Shown piece by piece: positions 49,259-59,860 of a stretch of 64,000 nucleotides of DNA. The notes below the pieces were generated by a model that saw only the letters and a program-made list of their open reading frames with translations, ran no database searches and was not told the origin of the DNA. Position 1 is the stretch's first letter; each line of letters starts with the position of its first letter. Source of the DNA: an uncultured Chloroflexia bacterium (lineage in GTDB: Bacteria > Chloroflexota > Dehalococcoidia > DSTF01 > JALHUB01); NCBI GenBank assembly GCA_963703345.1, contig OY969814.1, positions 1,728,001 to 1,792,000 of the forward strand, written 5' to 3'. A program made the position numbers and the translations under genes.

Positions 49259-50335
49259 TTAGTGCGTCAAAGCGATCCGTAGCGGCGCCAGGGGTGTGTC
49301 ATCGACGCCTACGAGGTTGACTTCGTTGACATTCAGGCGCGCGCGATCGAAGAAGATGCCGTAGACGCGTTGACCGGCAGAAGCTCCGCGGTCCCAGGAA
49401 GCGAGGTAAAGCGAAGTGAGGCCCAGGATCCGCGCGCTCCCGTCGTGCGGAGATGAGACGATGGGCACGACGATGAGTCGCCCGACGCCGCCGTCGCCGC
49501 TGCCGCGCACGCATTCAGTGCGAGGCGGTTGGGCGTAGGGATCGAAGCCGGTCACATGTCCGGCGCCTGCTCCTCCATCAGGGGCGAAAGTCACGTCACA
49601 CCACTCGTTGCCGAGGTAGTCGGCCGTTCCGTCCCCTGACTCGAACTGATAGTGGACTATCAAGGCGCGGAGCGTCGCTTGATCGGCTTCGTTGCCGGGC
49701 GGCAGCAGGTGAACGACGTCGCCGGCAGACCAGATGCCGGTCTCTTCCTTTCGGCAACCGGCGGCCACCATCTGCTCGTAGGCGGCAACGCCACCGCCGG
49801 CCAGGTCGAGCGGGACCAGTGTGCCGCCGTCGCCGGAGTGGTCAGCGAGGTTGAAGGAGTAGACGCGTCCGGGCACGAAGCCGAAGTCGTCGCTGCCCTG
49901 CGCTGAGGATGCGGCGACGATGCCGAAGGGACAGACCGGCGCGCCTTTCGCCCCCACGACCTGCGCCGTCGCCGACCTTTCGATGGAAGAAACCCCCGGC
50001 AAGCCGAAGTAGTGCAGGAGCAACGTGCTGTGGTCAACGCGGGCGGTCGCAGTAACGGTATCGAGGATGCCGTCCGGGTGCTGAACAGGGCGCCAGTCGG
50101 CGAAGGTGCAGCATTCGGCGGTGGAGAGGCCGCGTTGGTTGTTCTCCAGCCAGTGATTGGCAGCGGTAAGGGCGTCGGCTTGGCTGCCGTTGATGCTAAG
50201 CTGGCGGGCAGCGGCCGTGGCCATGCCCTCCGCCTCCCACTGCGCCTTGCCGATGCGCGCGAAGTAGATGGCGAGGTCGAACATCAAGGCCGCGATGACG
50301 ACGGTGGCCATGAGCAGGAGAGCACCCTTGACCAT
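49259..50335 (-). CDS. TadG-like (Tad/Flp pilus accessory) protein
   Basis: N-terminus resembles the Tad motif (hydrophobic helix, D, Q..AE..A.AAA); Cys-containing extracellular domain. Confidence 0.55.
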   Translation of the reverse strand: MVKGALLLMATVVIAALMFDLAIYFARIGKAQWEAEGMATAAARQLSINGSQADALTAANHWLENNQRGLSTAECCTFADWRPVQHPDGILDTVTATARVDHSTLLLHYFGLPGVSSIERSATAQVVGAKGAPVCPFGIVAASSAQGSDDFGFVPGRVYSFNLADHSGDGGTLVPLDLAGGGVAAYEQMVAAGCRKEETGIWSAGDVVHLLPPGNEADQATLRALIVHYQFESGDGTADYLGNEWCDVTFAPDGGAGAGHVTGFDPYAQPPRTECVRGSGDGGVGRLIVVPIVSSPHDGSARILGLTSLYLASWDRGASAGQRVYGIFFDRARLNVNEVNLVGVDDTPLAPLRIALTH

Positions 50336-50545
50336 GGTTGCCGGACTGCTTCACCCGGAGAAGGCAGCACGAGCCGGCGGGGGCGACATCGTGACGTCGC
50401 ACCCATGGTTAGAGTCGTCCAAAAGGCGGATTCCTGTTGGGGGACGCCACCGGCTTTCTGAAGGCCGCTGAGGGATTCATGCCGTGCTATGCGCCTGTCG
50501 TCGGCGGCGACTGGCGTCAGGGTTTGGCGGTGATAGAATGAGGCA

Positions 50546-53104
50546 ATGCGAGAAAGCGCGGAGGCACGGGACTCGAGCGGAGGCGCGTCATCGGCCCCGG
50601 CGCCGCTGCGCTGGCTGGCGCTGCTGGCGGCGGCAAGCTGGCTGGGCTATCTCATCTGTAGCGGCGTGCCGCAGGTCCAGCCGGAGGTCTTTCGCGCGAC
50701 GATCGCTTTCCAGGCCGTCGCGCTGGCGCCAGCGATTCTCTACGCCGCATACCTTCTCTTCAGACGCCGACTGCCCGGCGGCTCCGGGCTGGACTGGCCG
50801 TTGCTCCTCCTGCTGGCGGCGTACGGCGTCGCGACCGTCGCTTCCATCGCCTGGAGGGTCAGCCTGGAGAGCACGCTCATCTTCCTGCTGGCGATCCTCG
50901 TCTTCTACGCGCTGAGCGACCTCGACCTGCTGGACGCGACCGGCCTGCAGGCGGCGTTCATGCTCGCGGCTTCCGCGGCGGCGGTCTGGGCGTTGTGGAT
51001 CGTCTTCGGCGACTATCGCGATTGGCTGAGCTTCGCGCAGTCAACCTCCGGCGGCTTCCACATCGGCGATCTGATCCCGCCGACGGTACCGAAGGTGCAC
51101 GACGTGAGCGACCACCCGAACATACTGGGCATGACGCTGGTGCTGGCGATGCCCTTCTACGTCCTGGCCGTCTACCGCAGGGCATCCTTGTTGCTGCGCA
51201 TCTTCTGGGGAGTCATGCTCTTCGCGGCGCTCTGGGCCGTCTTCCTCACCCTGTCGCGCGGCGCCTGGATAGGGGCGGCCGTGGCCGTCGCGCTAACAGT
51301 CGCCGGCGTCGGGGCTGTTCGCGGTTCCTGGTCGGTCCAAAAGCTTCGACGGCCTTTCGGGCAGAGACTGCGCGAAAGGCCGTCGCTCGCGGTGGCGGGC
51401 GGCGTCCTGGCGCTGCTCGTCGTCGCCCTGGCGGTCGCGGTGCTCGCGGCGCGCTGGAACGTGCGACCGCAGTGGCTTTTCCGCGAGTCGCTCTCGCCGC
51501 GGCATGACGTGTTCGACGCCGGCGTCAGCATCTTCCGCGACCACCTGCTCTTCGGCGGCGGCCCGGGCACGTTTGCGCTGCTCTATCCCCAGTACAGCGG
51601 CGAGTTCCCGATCCACGCCATCCACGCGCACAACGGCTTCCTGCAGTTGGCCGACGACACGGGCATGGTGGGGCTGGCGGCGCTGGCGGCGCTCCTCGTG
51701 ACGCTGGGCTGGATGATCTGGCGGAGCTATCGCCGCGGGAACGTGGAGCAGCGGCTGCTGGCGGTTACGTGCGCGGCGGCGCTGATCGGTTTCGCCGTGC
51801 ACAATCTCGCCGACGCGGCGAACATCTGGAAGGCGACGCTCGTCGCCGTGGCGGCGGTTACGGCCATCGTCGTAAAGAACTACTGCTCGCTGGCGCCGCG
51901 CGCCGAGGCGAAGGCGATACGCTTGCCTCCCTGGGCCGGTCGCCTGCGCTCGCTGCTGCCGCGCGGCCTGCTGGTGGTCGCCTTCGTCGCCCTGCCGCTC
52001 GTCTGGCTGCGCATTGACGTCGCTCATCGCCACTACTCGCACAGCCTCAGCCAGCTCGGGATGGGACACATCGCGCAGGCGATCAGCGAGGGGCAGCAGG
52101 CGGTGGATGAGGACCCTGATTTCGCGATCTATCAGTTGCAGCTTGGCGTCGCGGAGGGAACGGCCGTGATGCAGGGAGAGTTGACTTCGCCGGAGCCGGC
52201 GATCGCCAGCCTGAAACGAGGGCTGGAGCTCGAGCCGCGAAGCGCCATCGGCTACGCCAACCTGGCGCGGATGTTCGTCGTCGCCGGGCGCAACAGCGAG
52301 GCGCGCGACGCCGCGCTCCAGGCGCGTCGCTACGCCGGCGCCGACGCGACGGTGCTTCTGGCGGCCGCCGGCGTCCTGGAAGACGTGGGCGCGCCGGAGG
52401 CCGTGCCGACCTACGGCATGGCGCTCTCGCGGATGCCGTCGCTTGGTGATTCGCAGTTCTGGCAGGGAAGCGACTTCCGCCGCTCCCACTACAAGGAGAT
52501 CGTCGGGAACTCACTCATCTCACTCAGCCCCTGCGCGACGGGGACGCTTGTTGCGCGGGCCGGCAACGGCGGCTCCCAGGCGACGACGCTGGGGCTCGCG
52601 GAGCTGCGGGACGGCTGCCGCGACGCCGTCGCCGCCGACCCGGCCAGCCTGGACGCGCGCGTCAACCTGGCGGAGATATCGATGGCGCTGAATGACTACC
52701 AGACCGCCTACGACCTGCTGAGCTACGTGACGAGCCGTCAGCCGGACCTGGCGCGGGCGCGCACCGTCATGGGCGAGTGGTACGCAGCGCAAGGCGACGT
52801 CACCCGAGCGCGCGCTGAATGGACGACGGGCGGTCAGCTCGGCGAGGCGGAGTCGCTGCTATTGCTGGGCGATTCGTATCCGGCGAAGCAGGTGCCGCCG
52901 GAGGTCGTGAAGCGTCTAGGCGAACTGGCGCCCGCCGTCGCGGAGGGGCCGCGCGACTATCTGATCGGCTACCTGTACTATCGAATGCGTTTCTCGCGGG
53001 AGTCGTCGCCTATCATACTGCTGCCGGGCGAGTGGCAGGACGCGATCCCGGGCCTGTACGACCGGATACAGCAGGCGCTCGCGCGCTGGCAGCCGGCCGG
53101 CTAG
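50546..53104 (+). CDS. O-antigen ligase (Wzy_C)-like polytopic membrane protein with C-terminal TPR-like region
   Basis: HPNILG, TLSRGAWIG, HLLFGGGPGTF, HAHNGFLQ..DTG..GL; TPR-like helices. Confidence 0.8.
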   Translation: MRESAEARDSSGGASSAPAPLRWLALLAAASWLGYLICSGVPQVQPEVFRATIAFQAVALAPAILYAAYLLFRRRLPGGSGLDWPLLLLLAAYGVATVASIAWRVSLESTLIFLLAILVFYALSDLDLLDATGLQAAFMLAASAAAVWALWIVFGDYRDWLSFAQSTSGGFHIGDLIPPTVPKVHDVSDHPNILGMTLVLAMPFYVLAVYRRASLLLRIFWGVMLFAALWAVFLTLSRGAWIGAAVAVALTVAGVGAVRGSWSVQKLRRPFGQRLRERPSLAVAGGVLALLVVALAVAVLAARWNVRPQWLFRESLSPRHDVFDAGVSIFRDHLLFGGGPGTFALLYPQYSGEFPIHAIHAHNGFLQLADDTGMVGLAALAALLVTLGWMIWRSYRRGNVEQRLLAVTCAAALIGFAVHNLADAANIWKATLVAVAAVTAIVVKNYCSLAPRAEAKAIRLPPWAGRLRSLLPRGLLVVAFVALPLVWLRIDVAHRHYSHSLSQLGMGHIAQAISEGQQAVDEDPDFAIYQLQLGVAEGTAVMQGELTSPEPAIASLKRGLELEPRSAIGYANLARMFVVAGRNSEARDAALQARRYAGADATVLLAAAGVLEDVGAPEAVPTYGMALSRMPSLGDSQFWQGSDFRRSHYKEIVGNSLISLSPCATGTLVARAGNGGSQATTLGLAELRDGCRDAVAADPASLDARVNLAEISMALNDYQTAYDLLSYVTSRQPDLARARTVMGEWYAAQGDVTRARAEWTTGGQLGEAESLLLLGDSYPAKQVPPEVVKRLGELAPAVAEGPRDYLIGYLYYRMRFSRESSPIILLPGEWQDAIPGLYDRIQQALARWQPAG

Positions 53105-53276
53105 CGCCCCTGGCGAATCGCCGTCTTTTTACAAACTGTTTGCGCAACGTTGACCCCCCGTGCCCCCGGCGGCGGCCGGATTCGATTGACCGGCAGTCGG
53201 CCGCCACCATATGATCTTTACTAGGTTGGATTCGCGCTCTGTGGGGCGCAGGGCCGACCTGCCAGGAGACTTCTTG

Positions 53277-54014
53277 ATGACAACTTCTCAGGAGAAGGAA
53301 CGCGTGGAGACGACGACGCCAGCGACCGACTTCATCGTCGAGGCGAAGGACGTGGCCAAGACGTACGACACGGGCCGGATTCAGGTGCGGGCGCTGCGGG
53401 GCGTGAACCTCTCGGTCAAGCGGGCGGAGATAATCGCCATCATGGGGCCGTCCGGCTGCGGCAAGACCACTCTGCTCAACTGCCTCAGCGGCCTGGACAG
53501 CATCGACTCCGGGACAATCCTCGTCGACGGCTCCGACATCAACCGGCTATCGGATAACCAGAAGACAAGCTTCCGCGCGCGACGCATGGGCTTCGTGTTT
53601 CAGTTTTACAACCTGCTGCCCGTGCTGTCGGCTATCGAGAACGTGGAGCTGCCGTTGCTGGTCTCGGGCACAAACGCCAGGGAGGCGCGGCGACGGGCGC
53701 ATGCGGCGCTGGAGCAGGTGCATCTGACGGACTGGGCGCACCACCGGCCGGCGGAGCTTTCCGGCGGCCAGCGCCAGCGGGTAACCGTGGCACGAGCGCT
53801 GGTCAACGACCCCGCGATCGTCTGGGGCGACGAGCCGACGGGCGACCTGGACAGCACGAACGCGCAGGAGATCATGGACCTCATTTGCGACCTGAACGCG
53901 CAACGCGGCCAGACCTTCGTCCTGGTGACCCACGACGCCAAGATAGCCGCCCGCACGAATCGCACCGTCTTCATGGTCGACGGCCTCATCGTCGACGAGA
54001 AGCTGAACGCCTGA
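53277..54014 (+). CDS. ABC transporter ATP-binding protein (LolD/MacB type)
   Basis: [34 protein letters not shown]. Confidence 0.93.
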   Translation: MTTSQEKERVETTTPATDFIVEAKDVAKTYDTGRIQVRALRGVNLSVKRAEIIAIMGPSGCGKTTLLNCLSGLDSIDSGTILVDGSDINRLSDNQKTSFRARRMGFVFQFYNLLPVLSAIENVELPLLVSGTNAREARRRAHAALEQVHLTDWAHHRPAELSGGQRQRVTVARALVNDPAIVWGDEPTGDLDSTNAQEIMDLICDLNAQRGQTFVLVTHDAKIAARTNRTVFMVDGLIVDEKLNA

Positions 54015-54051
54015 TGCCTCGAAAGACCGTCGCGGTCGCCCAGGAGACACA

Positions 54052-57000
54052 GTGAAAAGCCTCTTCGGCATCCCCATGAACGACGTCATGTTCGCCTTGC
54101 TGGCGCTGCTGGGCATTTCGCTGGGCGCCCTGGGGCTCATCGTTCTCCGCAACCGGGTGATGTTCCGCATCGGCGTGCGCAACATACCGCGGCGCGTCGC
54201 GCAGACCGTGCTGATCGTCATCGGTCTTATGTTAAGTACGACCATTATCTCGGCCGCCTTCACGACAGGCGACACGGTGGACCACAGCATAACGAAGATG
54301 GTCTACGATTCGATGGGACATGTAGACGAGACGATCCAGCGCGGCCAGAAGCCGAGCGAGAACGGCGCCGGTGACCGCGGGAACGCCCCTGTCGAAACGC
54401 GCAGGGAAGCCGTGCCGCAATCGCTGACAGCGGACCTGGAGCAGAAGTTCCAGGGCGACTCAGAGATCAGCGGCTTCCTGCCGCTAATCACCGAGCCTGT
54501 CGCGGTATCGAACCCGACGACGAAGCTGCATACGCCACAAGGCGTCATCAACGGGCTCGACGCGTCCCGGCTCGGCGCTTTCCCAGACGTCGTCAACACG
54601 AACGGCAAGCCGGTGGACGTCGGCGCGCTGGCAGACGACGAGATCCTGGTGAACAAGAGCATGGCGGACAAGATCGACGCCGTGCCCGGGCAGACCATCG
54701 ACGTCTACTATCAGAACCAGCAGTTCAGCTTCCGGGTGGCGGCGATCGTCAAGGATTGCGTTCTCACTGGGGCCATCGCGTATCCGAATCTGGGGCTGTC
54801 AACACGGCTAGACACACTGCAGAAGCTCTTCAACCGTCCAAACGAAATCGACTATATCGCCGTCGGCAATCACGGCGGCGTACAGGGCGCGACGCAGTAT
54901 TCCGACAGCGTGACGGCCAAGCTGGAGAGCGCGCTCAAGAACACGCAGTACAGCGTCGATCCCCTCAAGGCGAACGGCGTTCATACGGCGGAGCTGGCGG
55001 GCAACATGCTGATGACGTTCTTCATGGTGCTAGGGCTGTTCTCCATCGGCGCGGGCATCCTGCTGACGGTCATGATCTTCGTCATGCTGGCGGCGGAACG
55101 GAAGACGGAGATGGGCATCAGCCGGGCCGTCGGCATGAAGCGTCGGCACCTTATCGAGGCGTTCGTGTCGGAGGGAATGGGCTACAATCTGCTTTCGGCG
55201 CTGGTCGGCGTGACGCTGGGCGTGCTCGTCGCCACGCTGATCGCCGGCGCAATGACGATCCTTCTCGGGCAATACGTGAGCATCGAGTCGGCGGTCACGG
55301 CGCGGAGCCTCATCATTTCGTACTCGCTCGGCGTGACGCTTTGCTTCATCACCGTCATGTTCTCGTCGTGGCGGGTCAGCAACCTGAACATCGTGCGGGC
55401 GATTCGCGACCTGCCGGAGCCGGAGAAGCGGCCGGGTTGGCGCTCGCTGGTCTTCGGCATAGCGTTGGTGCTATTCGGCGGCCTGTTCATGCTCGGCGCG
55501 CTGTCATCGAAACAGGCGGCGCTCTGGACGATGGGCATTTCGTTCATTCTCATCGGCGCGGCCCTAGTCGGCCGTTATCTGCACGCGCCGGAGAGACCGA
55601 TATTCACGGCCGTGGGGATAGCGATCCTTCTCTACTGGGCGCTGGGGGCGGGCGGGCGGCTTCCGGGCCCGGACCTGCACGGCGGCATGGAGCTGTTCTT
55701 CATAAGCGGCATTATGATGGTGGCGGCGGCGACGTTCGTCGTCATGTACAACGCGCACTTGCTGCTCAACCTGCTGGCGCTCGGCGGCAGGCGGATGGGA
55801 CGCGTCTTCCCGTCGATAAAGACGGCCATCGCTTACCCGCTGGCAAGCAAGTTCCGCACCGGCATGACGATGGCGATGATAGCGCTCGTCGTCTTCTCTC
55901 TGACAATGATGTCGGTGATGAACGGCAACTTCGACCGGGCGTTTCTGACGCAGGAGGCGCGCGGCGGCTGGGACATCCTGGTGACCGAGAACCCTTCGAA
56001 CCCCATCGGCGACCTGAAGCAGGCGCTGAACGGCTCCAACGTCGACACGTCGAAGTTCGAGGCCGTGGGGAGGATCGCCGTTGCTGGAAGCTCAGGCAAC
56101 CGGCTGCAGCAGGCGTCGGATAGCGGCAAAGCGCTGACGGACCTGCCGGTCTACCGAGTGGGCGGCATGGACCCGTCGTTCTTGACGCAGAGCAGCATCA
56201 AGCTGCAGTCGCGGGCGACAGGATACGACAGCGACGCGGCAGTCTGGGCGGCGGTGGCGAAAGACCCGTCGCTGGCGATCATCGATGACTTCGCGGCCGG
56301 CGGCAGCGGTTATTCGATGGGCGAAGGCGGCTTCAAGCTCAGCGGCGTCGATCCGGGCAGCACGACCTTTGACCCGATTTCGTTGAGTATTGTCAACGCA
56401 TCGACGCGTGGGACGACGCCGATCAAGGTTATCGGCGTGATGGCGATTGGGCCCAGCAACAACTTCTTCGGCCTCTACACCAACGCCAGCGTGGTGGACG
56501 GGGAGCCGGGCGGCCCTGCCTACAACGAATACTACGTGCGGCTCGCGCCCGGGCAGGACTCGAAGGCGACGGCCAAGGCTATTGAGGCGGCGCTGTTCAC
56601 GAAGGGTGCCCAGGCGGTCTCGCTGCAGGCGCAGATGAACGACCAGATGTCGCTGTCGAAGGGCTTCTTCTATTTGATGGAGGGCTTCATGGGGCTGGGA
56701 CTGGTGGTTGGAATAGCGGCCGTGGGCGTGATAGCCTTCCGCACGGTCGTCGAGAGGCGGCAGCAGATCGGCATGCTGCGGGCCATCGGCTACAGCCGCG
56801 GGCAGGTGGCGTTGAGCTTCCTGCTGGAGTCGTCGTTCGTAACGCTGCTTGGCATCCTGACCGGCCTGGGGCTCGGCATCATGCTTTCGTACTTCCTGCT
56901 GACGAGCAAGACGATGTCGGACATGGGGCTTCACGGCTTCTACGTCCCCTGGCTGGAGATCATACCCATCTGCTTCATCGCCTATGTCGCCGCGCTGATC

Positions 57001-57066
57001 ATGACGTATATTCCGTCGCGGCAGGCGGCGAGGATTCCCATCGCTGAAGCGCTGAGATACGAGTGA
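54052..57066 (+). CDS. ABC transporter permease with duplicated FtsX/MacB domains
   Basis: ERKTEMGISRAVG and ERRQQIGMLRAIG; ends IAEALRYE. Confidence 0.88.
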   Translation: MKSLFGIPMNDVMFALLALLGISLGALGLIVLRNRVMFRIGVRNIPRRVAQTVLIVIGLMLSTTIISAAFTTGDTVDHSITKMVYDSMGHVDETIQRGQKPSENGAGDRGNAPVETRREAVPQSLTADLEQKFQGDSEISGFLPLITEPVAVSNPTTKLHTPQGVINGLDASRLGAFPDVVNTNGKPVDVGALADDEILVNKSMADKIDAVPGQTIDVYYQNQQFSFRVAAIVKDCVLTGAIAYPNLGLSTRLDTLQKLFNRPNEIDYIAVGNHGGVQGATQYSDSVTAKLESALKNTQYSVDPLKANGVHTAELAGNMLMTFFMVLGLFSIGAGILLTVMIFVMLAAERKTEMGISRAVGMKRRHLIEAFVSEGMGYNLLSALVGVTLGVLVATLIAGAMTILLGQYVSIESAVTARSLIISYSLGVTLCFITVMFSSWRVSNLNIVRAIRDLPEPEKRPGWRSLVFGIALVLFGGLFMLGALSSKQAALWTMGISFILIGAALVGRYLHAPERPIFTAVGIAILLYWALGAGGRLPGPDLHGGMELFFISGIMMVAAATFVVMYNAHLLLNLLALGGRRMGRVFPSIKTAIAYPLASKFRTGMTMAMIALVVFSLTMMSVMNGNFDRAFLTQEARGGWDILVTENPSNPIGDLKQALNGSNVDTSKFEAVGRIAVAGSSGNRLQQASDSGKALTDLPVYRVGGMDPSFLTQSSIKLQSRATGYDSDAAVWAAVAKDPSLAIIDDFAAGGSGYSMGEGGFKLSGVDPGSTTFDPISLSIVNASTRGTTPIKVIGVMAIGPSNNFFGLYTNASVVDGEPGGPAYNEYYVRLAPGQDSKATAKAIEAALFTKGAQAVSLQAQMNDQMSLSKGFFYLMEGFMGLGLVVGIAAVGVIAFRTVVERRQQIGMLRAIGYSRGQVALSFLLESSFVTLLGILTGLGLGIMLSYFLLTSKTMSDMGLHGFYVPWLEIIPICFIAYVAALIMTYIPSRQAARIPIAEALRYE

Positions 57067-57095
57067 CGGACGGCTACGGCTGAGACCGTCGCTGA

Positions 57096-58103
57096 ATGGA
57101 GTCAGCGGCAGTGCACCGAATCCGCGAAGCCACGCCAAACGACAACGACGCGCTGCTTGAACTGGAGCGCAACTCGCCCCTCGATCTAGGCGACACGATA
57201 CTCTCGTTCGAACGGGCGCCCAACTATTTCGCGCACCAGGAGATGCAAGAGCACGGGCGCGTGCTCGTGGCCGAGGAAGACGGGCGGCTGGTAGGGGTTG
57301 TCGCGGGCGCGTGGCACGACGTGGTCATCAGCGGCCAGCGGCATCGACTCCTCTACGTCCACCAGGGCCGTGTTCTGCCCGAATACCGACGGCGGCACGT
57401 CGCCACCAACCTGGTCGTGCAACAGATTGTCCTCGCCGAGGAAGCCAACTTCGAAGCGCCCTACTGGCTGATCAGCCCCGAAAACGACACTTCGCTGGCA
57501 TTCAACCGGCGGGCGAGAGTGGAGAGCTGGCCCGTGGACGGGCGATTGGACGCCTTCGACATCGCCGCAAGGCGCGAGGCGGAACGCGAAGTCGGCAGCG
57601 TCGGGCCCAGCGACTTGCCGCGGGTAGTGGAGCTGGTCAACGAGACTCACGCTGGTCGCGAGATGTTCCTGCCCTACACGATGGCCAGCCTCGCAAAACG
57701 GCTCAGCTTGAGCCCAACATACGGCTGGCAGCACTGGCGAGGTTATCGGTCAAAGGGCGCGCTGGTGGCGGTGGCCGGCGCATGGGACTTCGGACGGTCG
57801 CTGCGGGTCACTGAGCGAGAGAAGGCCACCGGCAGTGAACGCGTGGCGCTGCCGGCCTACGTACTTGACTACGGCTATGCCGCGGGCGCCGAGGAGGCGA
57901 TGGTGGAGGTGTTCATGGCGCTGATGGCAATGGTAGCCGAATGCCAAAGGGACCGGCTTTCGATAGCGCTGCCGATGGAGAGCCGCCTCTTCTCGCTGAT
58001 GGCGGGCCTGCCCCACTTTACGACGCTCCTCCAGATACTGACGCCTCGCATTCCTGCGCCGGAATTGAGGGGCTCGGTATACCTCGATCCCGTCTACGTC
58101 TGA
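57096..58103 (+). CDS. GNAT-family acetyltransferase
   Basis: IREATPND, VAEEDGRLVG, VLPEYRRRHVA. Confidence 0.75.
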   Translation: MESAAVHRIREATPNDNDALLELERNSPLDLGDTILSFERAPNYFAHQEMQEHGRVLVAEEDGRLVGVVAGAWHDVVISGQRHRLLYVHQGRVLPEYRRRHVATNLVVQQIVLAEEANFEAPYWLISPENDTSLAFNRRARVESWPVDGRLDAFDIAARREAEREVGSVGPSDLPRVVELVNETHAGREMFLPYTMASLAKRLSLSPTYGWQHWRGYRSKGALVAVAGAWDFGRSLRVTEREKATGSERVALPAYVLDYGYAAGAEEAMVEVFMALMAMVAECQRDRLSIALPMESRLFSLMAGLPHFTTLLQILTPRIPAPELRGSVYLDPVYV

Positions 58104-58185
58104 CCGCCTTCGGGCGCGCTTGATCGCCGCCGCCAATCTCGGCTATGCTCGCGGCACGAATGTCGTCAGTATAGGAGTGCGCTCC

Positions 58186-59289
58186 ATGGGTCACCGCGCG
58201 CCTCGACTGGTCGTCTGGCTTGCCGTCGCCGCCCTCTGCCTTGTCGTGACGGGCTGCAGCTCCGGCGAGAGCAAGGAGTCGAACGATTCGACGGCCCAGC
58301 CAACCGCAGTCAGCGCTCAGAACGCCGTCTTCCCGACAAGTGACTGGCAGACTTCTTCGCCCGAAGCGGAGGGAATGGATGCGGCGCGCCTGGACGAGAT
58401 AGATCCGTACTGCGTCGAGCACGGCTGTCGGGCGGTGGTCGTCCTGCGGCACGGGCGGATCGTCTGGGAGCGCTACTGGGGCGGCTGGAACGAGACCTCG
58501 ACGGACAATAGCTGGTCGATGGCGAAGAGTGTGACCAGCGCCCTGGTGGGAATCGCCATCGGCGAGGGCAAGATTAAGGGTGTCGATGAGAGCGCATCGG
58601 ACTTCATACCGGAGTGGCGCAACGACGTTCGCCAGAAGATAACGATTGGGGACCTGCTATCGATGGAGTCGGGCCTAACGTGGAGTATGACGTACGATCC
58701 GGTGTCCGGCGATACCGTCAACATGCTGGAGCAGAACGACCAGGTGGGCTACGCCGTCAATCGCTACCAGTACCGCGAGCCCGGCACCGACTGGTACTAC
58801 TCCGATGGAGACGCGGAGGTCTTGTCGGGCACCATCAAGGCGGCAACGGGCATGGATGTCGCGCAGTACGCGCAGGAGAAGCTGTTCGGGCCGATAGGCT
58901 TCCACGTCAGCGAGTGGTCGAAGGACAACGTTGGCCACAGCACGACCTTCTGCTGCATCTTCAGCACAGCGCGAGATTTCGCCCGCTTCGGTTATCTCTT
59001 CCTGCGCGACGGTCAGTGGGCGGGAGAGCAGGTGGTGCCGGCCGACTGGGTGGCGCGCTCGACGCAGGCGTCGCAGATCGAGAACACGAACTACGGCTAC
59101 TTCTGGTGGCTGTGGCAGTTCGCGGGGCTGCCGAAGGGCTCGTACGAAGCGATGGGCTTCGCGACGAAGCGCATCTACGTCATCCCTAGCCTCGATATCG
59201 TCGCCGTGCGCCTGGGCGACGCGGACGACGCCGCCTGGAGCGACGACTCGTTCCTGAAGCCGATTGTGGACGCGACTAAGGGCGGTTGA
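58186..59289 (+). CDS. Serine hydrolase (class C beta-lactamase-like) lipoprotein
   Basis: Lipobox VTGC; SMAKS (SxxK), LLSMESG, WYYSD, ARDFARFG. Confidence 0.85.
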   Translation: MGHRAPRLVVWLAVAALCLVVTGCSSGESKESNDSTAQPTAVSAQNAVFPTSDWQTSSPEAEGMDAARLDEIDPYCVEHGCRAVVVLRHGRIVWERYWGGWNETSTDNSWSMAKSVTSALVGIAIGEGKIKGVDESASDFIPEWRNDVRQKITIGDLLSMESGLTWSMTYDPVSGDTVNMLEQNDQVGYAVNRYQYREPGTDWYYSDGDAEVLSGTIKAATGMDVAQYAQEKLFGPIGFHVSEWSKDNVGHSTTFCCIFSTARDFARFGYLFLRDGQWAGEQVVPADWVARSTQASQIENTNYGYFWWLWQFAGLPKGSYEAMGFATKRIYVIPSLDIVAVRLGDADDAAWSDDSFLKPIVDATKGG

Positions 59290-59336
59290 CCCTTCGACTT
59301 GCCTTCCTTCAGATGTGGCGCATACGCCGCTAGTGC

Positions 59337-59366
59337 TTGACGACCTCGAAAAACGGCTGCTATACT
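59337..59366 (+). promoter_or_regulatory. Promoter of the tRNA cluster
   Basis: TTGACG, 18-nt spacer, extended -10 TGcTATACT, 11 nt before tRNA-Trp. Confidence 0.65.
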
Positions 59367-59377
59367 CCTCCTGATCT

Positions 59378-59453
59378 AGGAGTGTAGCTCAGTTGGGAGA
59401 GCAGCGGTCTCCAAAACCGCCGGTCGGGGGTTCGAGTCCCTCCACTCCTGCCA
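59378..59453 (+). tRNA. tRNA-Trp (CCA)
   Basis: AGGAGTG/CACTCCT acceptor stem, gcggt-ctCCAaa-accgc anticodon arm, GGTTCGAGTCC, 3' CCA. Confidence 0.96.
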
Positions 59454-59509
59454 TTGAGCATTCGCGTTCGGGGCAAGGTTGCTCCGGACAGGTGGGCAAT
59501 TGCGCTCGG

Positions 59510-59594
59510 GCCGAGGTGGTGGAACTGGCAGACACGCGGTCTTGAGGGGGCCGTGCCTTCGGGCGTAGGGGTTCAAATCCCCTCCTCGGCACCA
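59510..59594 (+). tRNA. tRNA-Leu (GAG)
   Basis: GCCGAGG/CCTCGGC acceptor, cggtc-ttGAGgg-ggccg, long variable arm, 3' ACCA. Confidence 0.95.
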
Positions 59595-59625
59595 GGACTG
59601 AGCGGGACGGGCGAAGCGAGATTGG

Positions 59626-59699
59626 GGCGACGTAGCCAAGTGGCAAGGCAGGGGTCTGCAAAACCCCCATCACCGGTTCGAATCCGGTCGTCGCCTCCA
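59626..59699 (+). tRNA. tRNA-Cys (GCA)
   Basis: GGCGACG/CGTCGCC acceptor, ggggt-ctGCAaa-acccc, U73 discriminator + CCA. Confidence 0.96.
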
Positions 59700-59752
59700 G
59701 CACGATGTGAAGGCTCAGGACTTTCGGGTTCTGAGCATTGTCATGTTTGGGC

Positions 59753-59838
59753 GCCGGGGTGGCGAAACGGTATACGCGGCGGACTTAAAATCCGCTGGCC
59801 TCACGGCCGTGTGGGTTCGAGTCCCACCCCCGGCACCA
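59753..59838 (+). tRNA. tRNA-Leu (TAA)
   Basis: GCCGGGG/CCCCGGC acceptor, gcgga-ctTAAaa-tccgc, variable arm, 3' ACCA. Confidence 0.95.
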
Positions 59839-59860
59839 GCAAATTCGACAGAGCGGGACG

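Noticed and set aside
59378-59860. Integrated element at a tRNA 3' end
   Set aside because: No duplicated tRNA 3' end or integrase seen in the window
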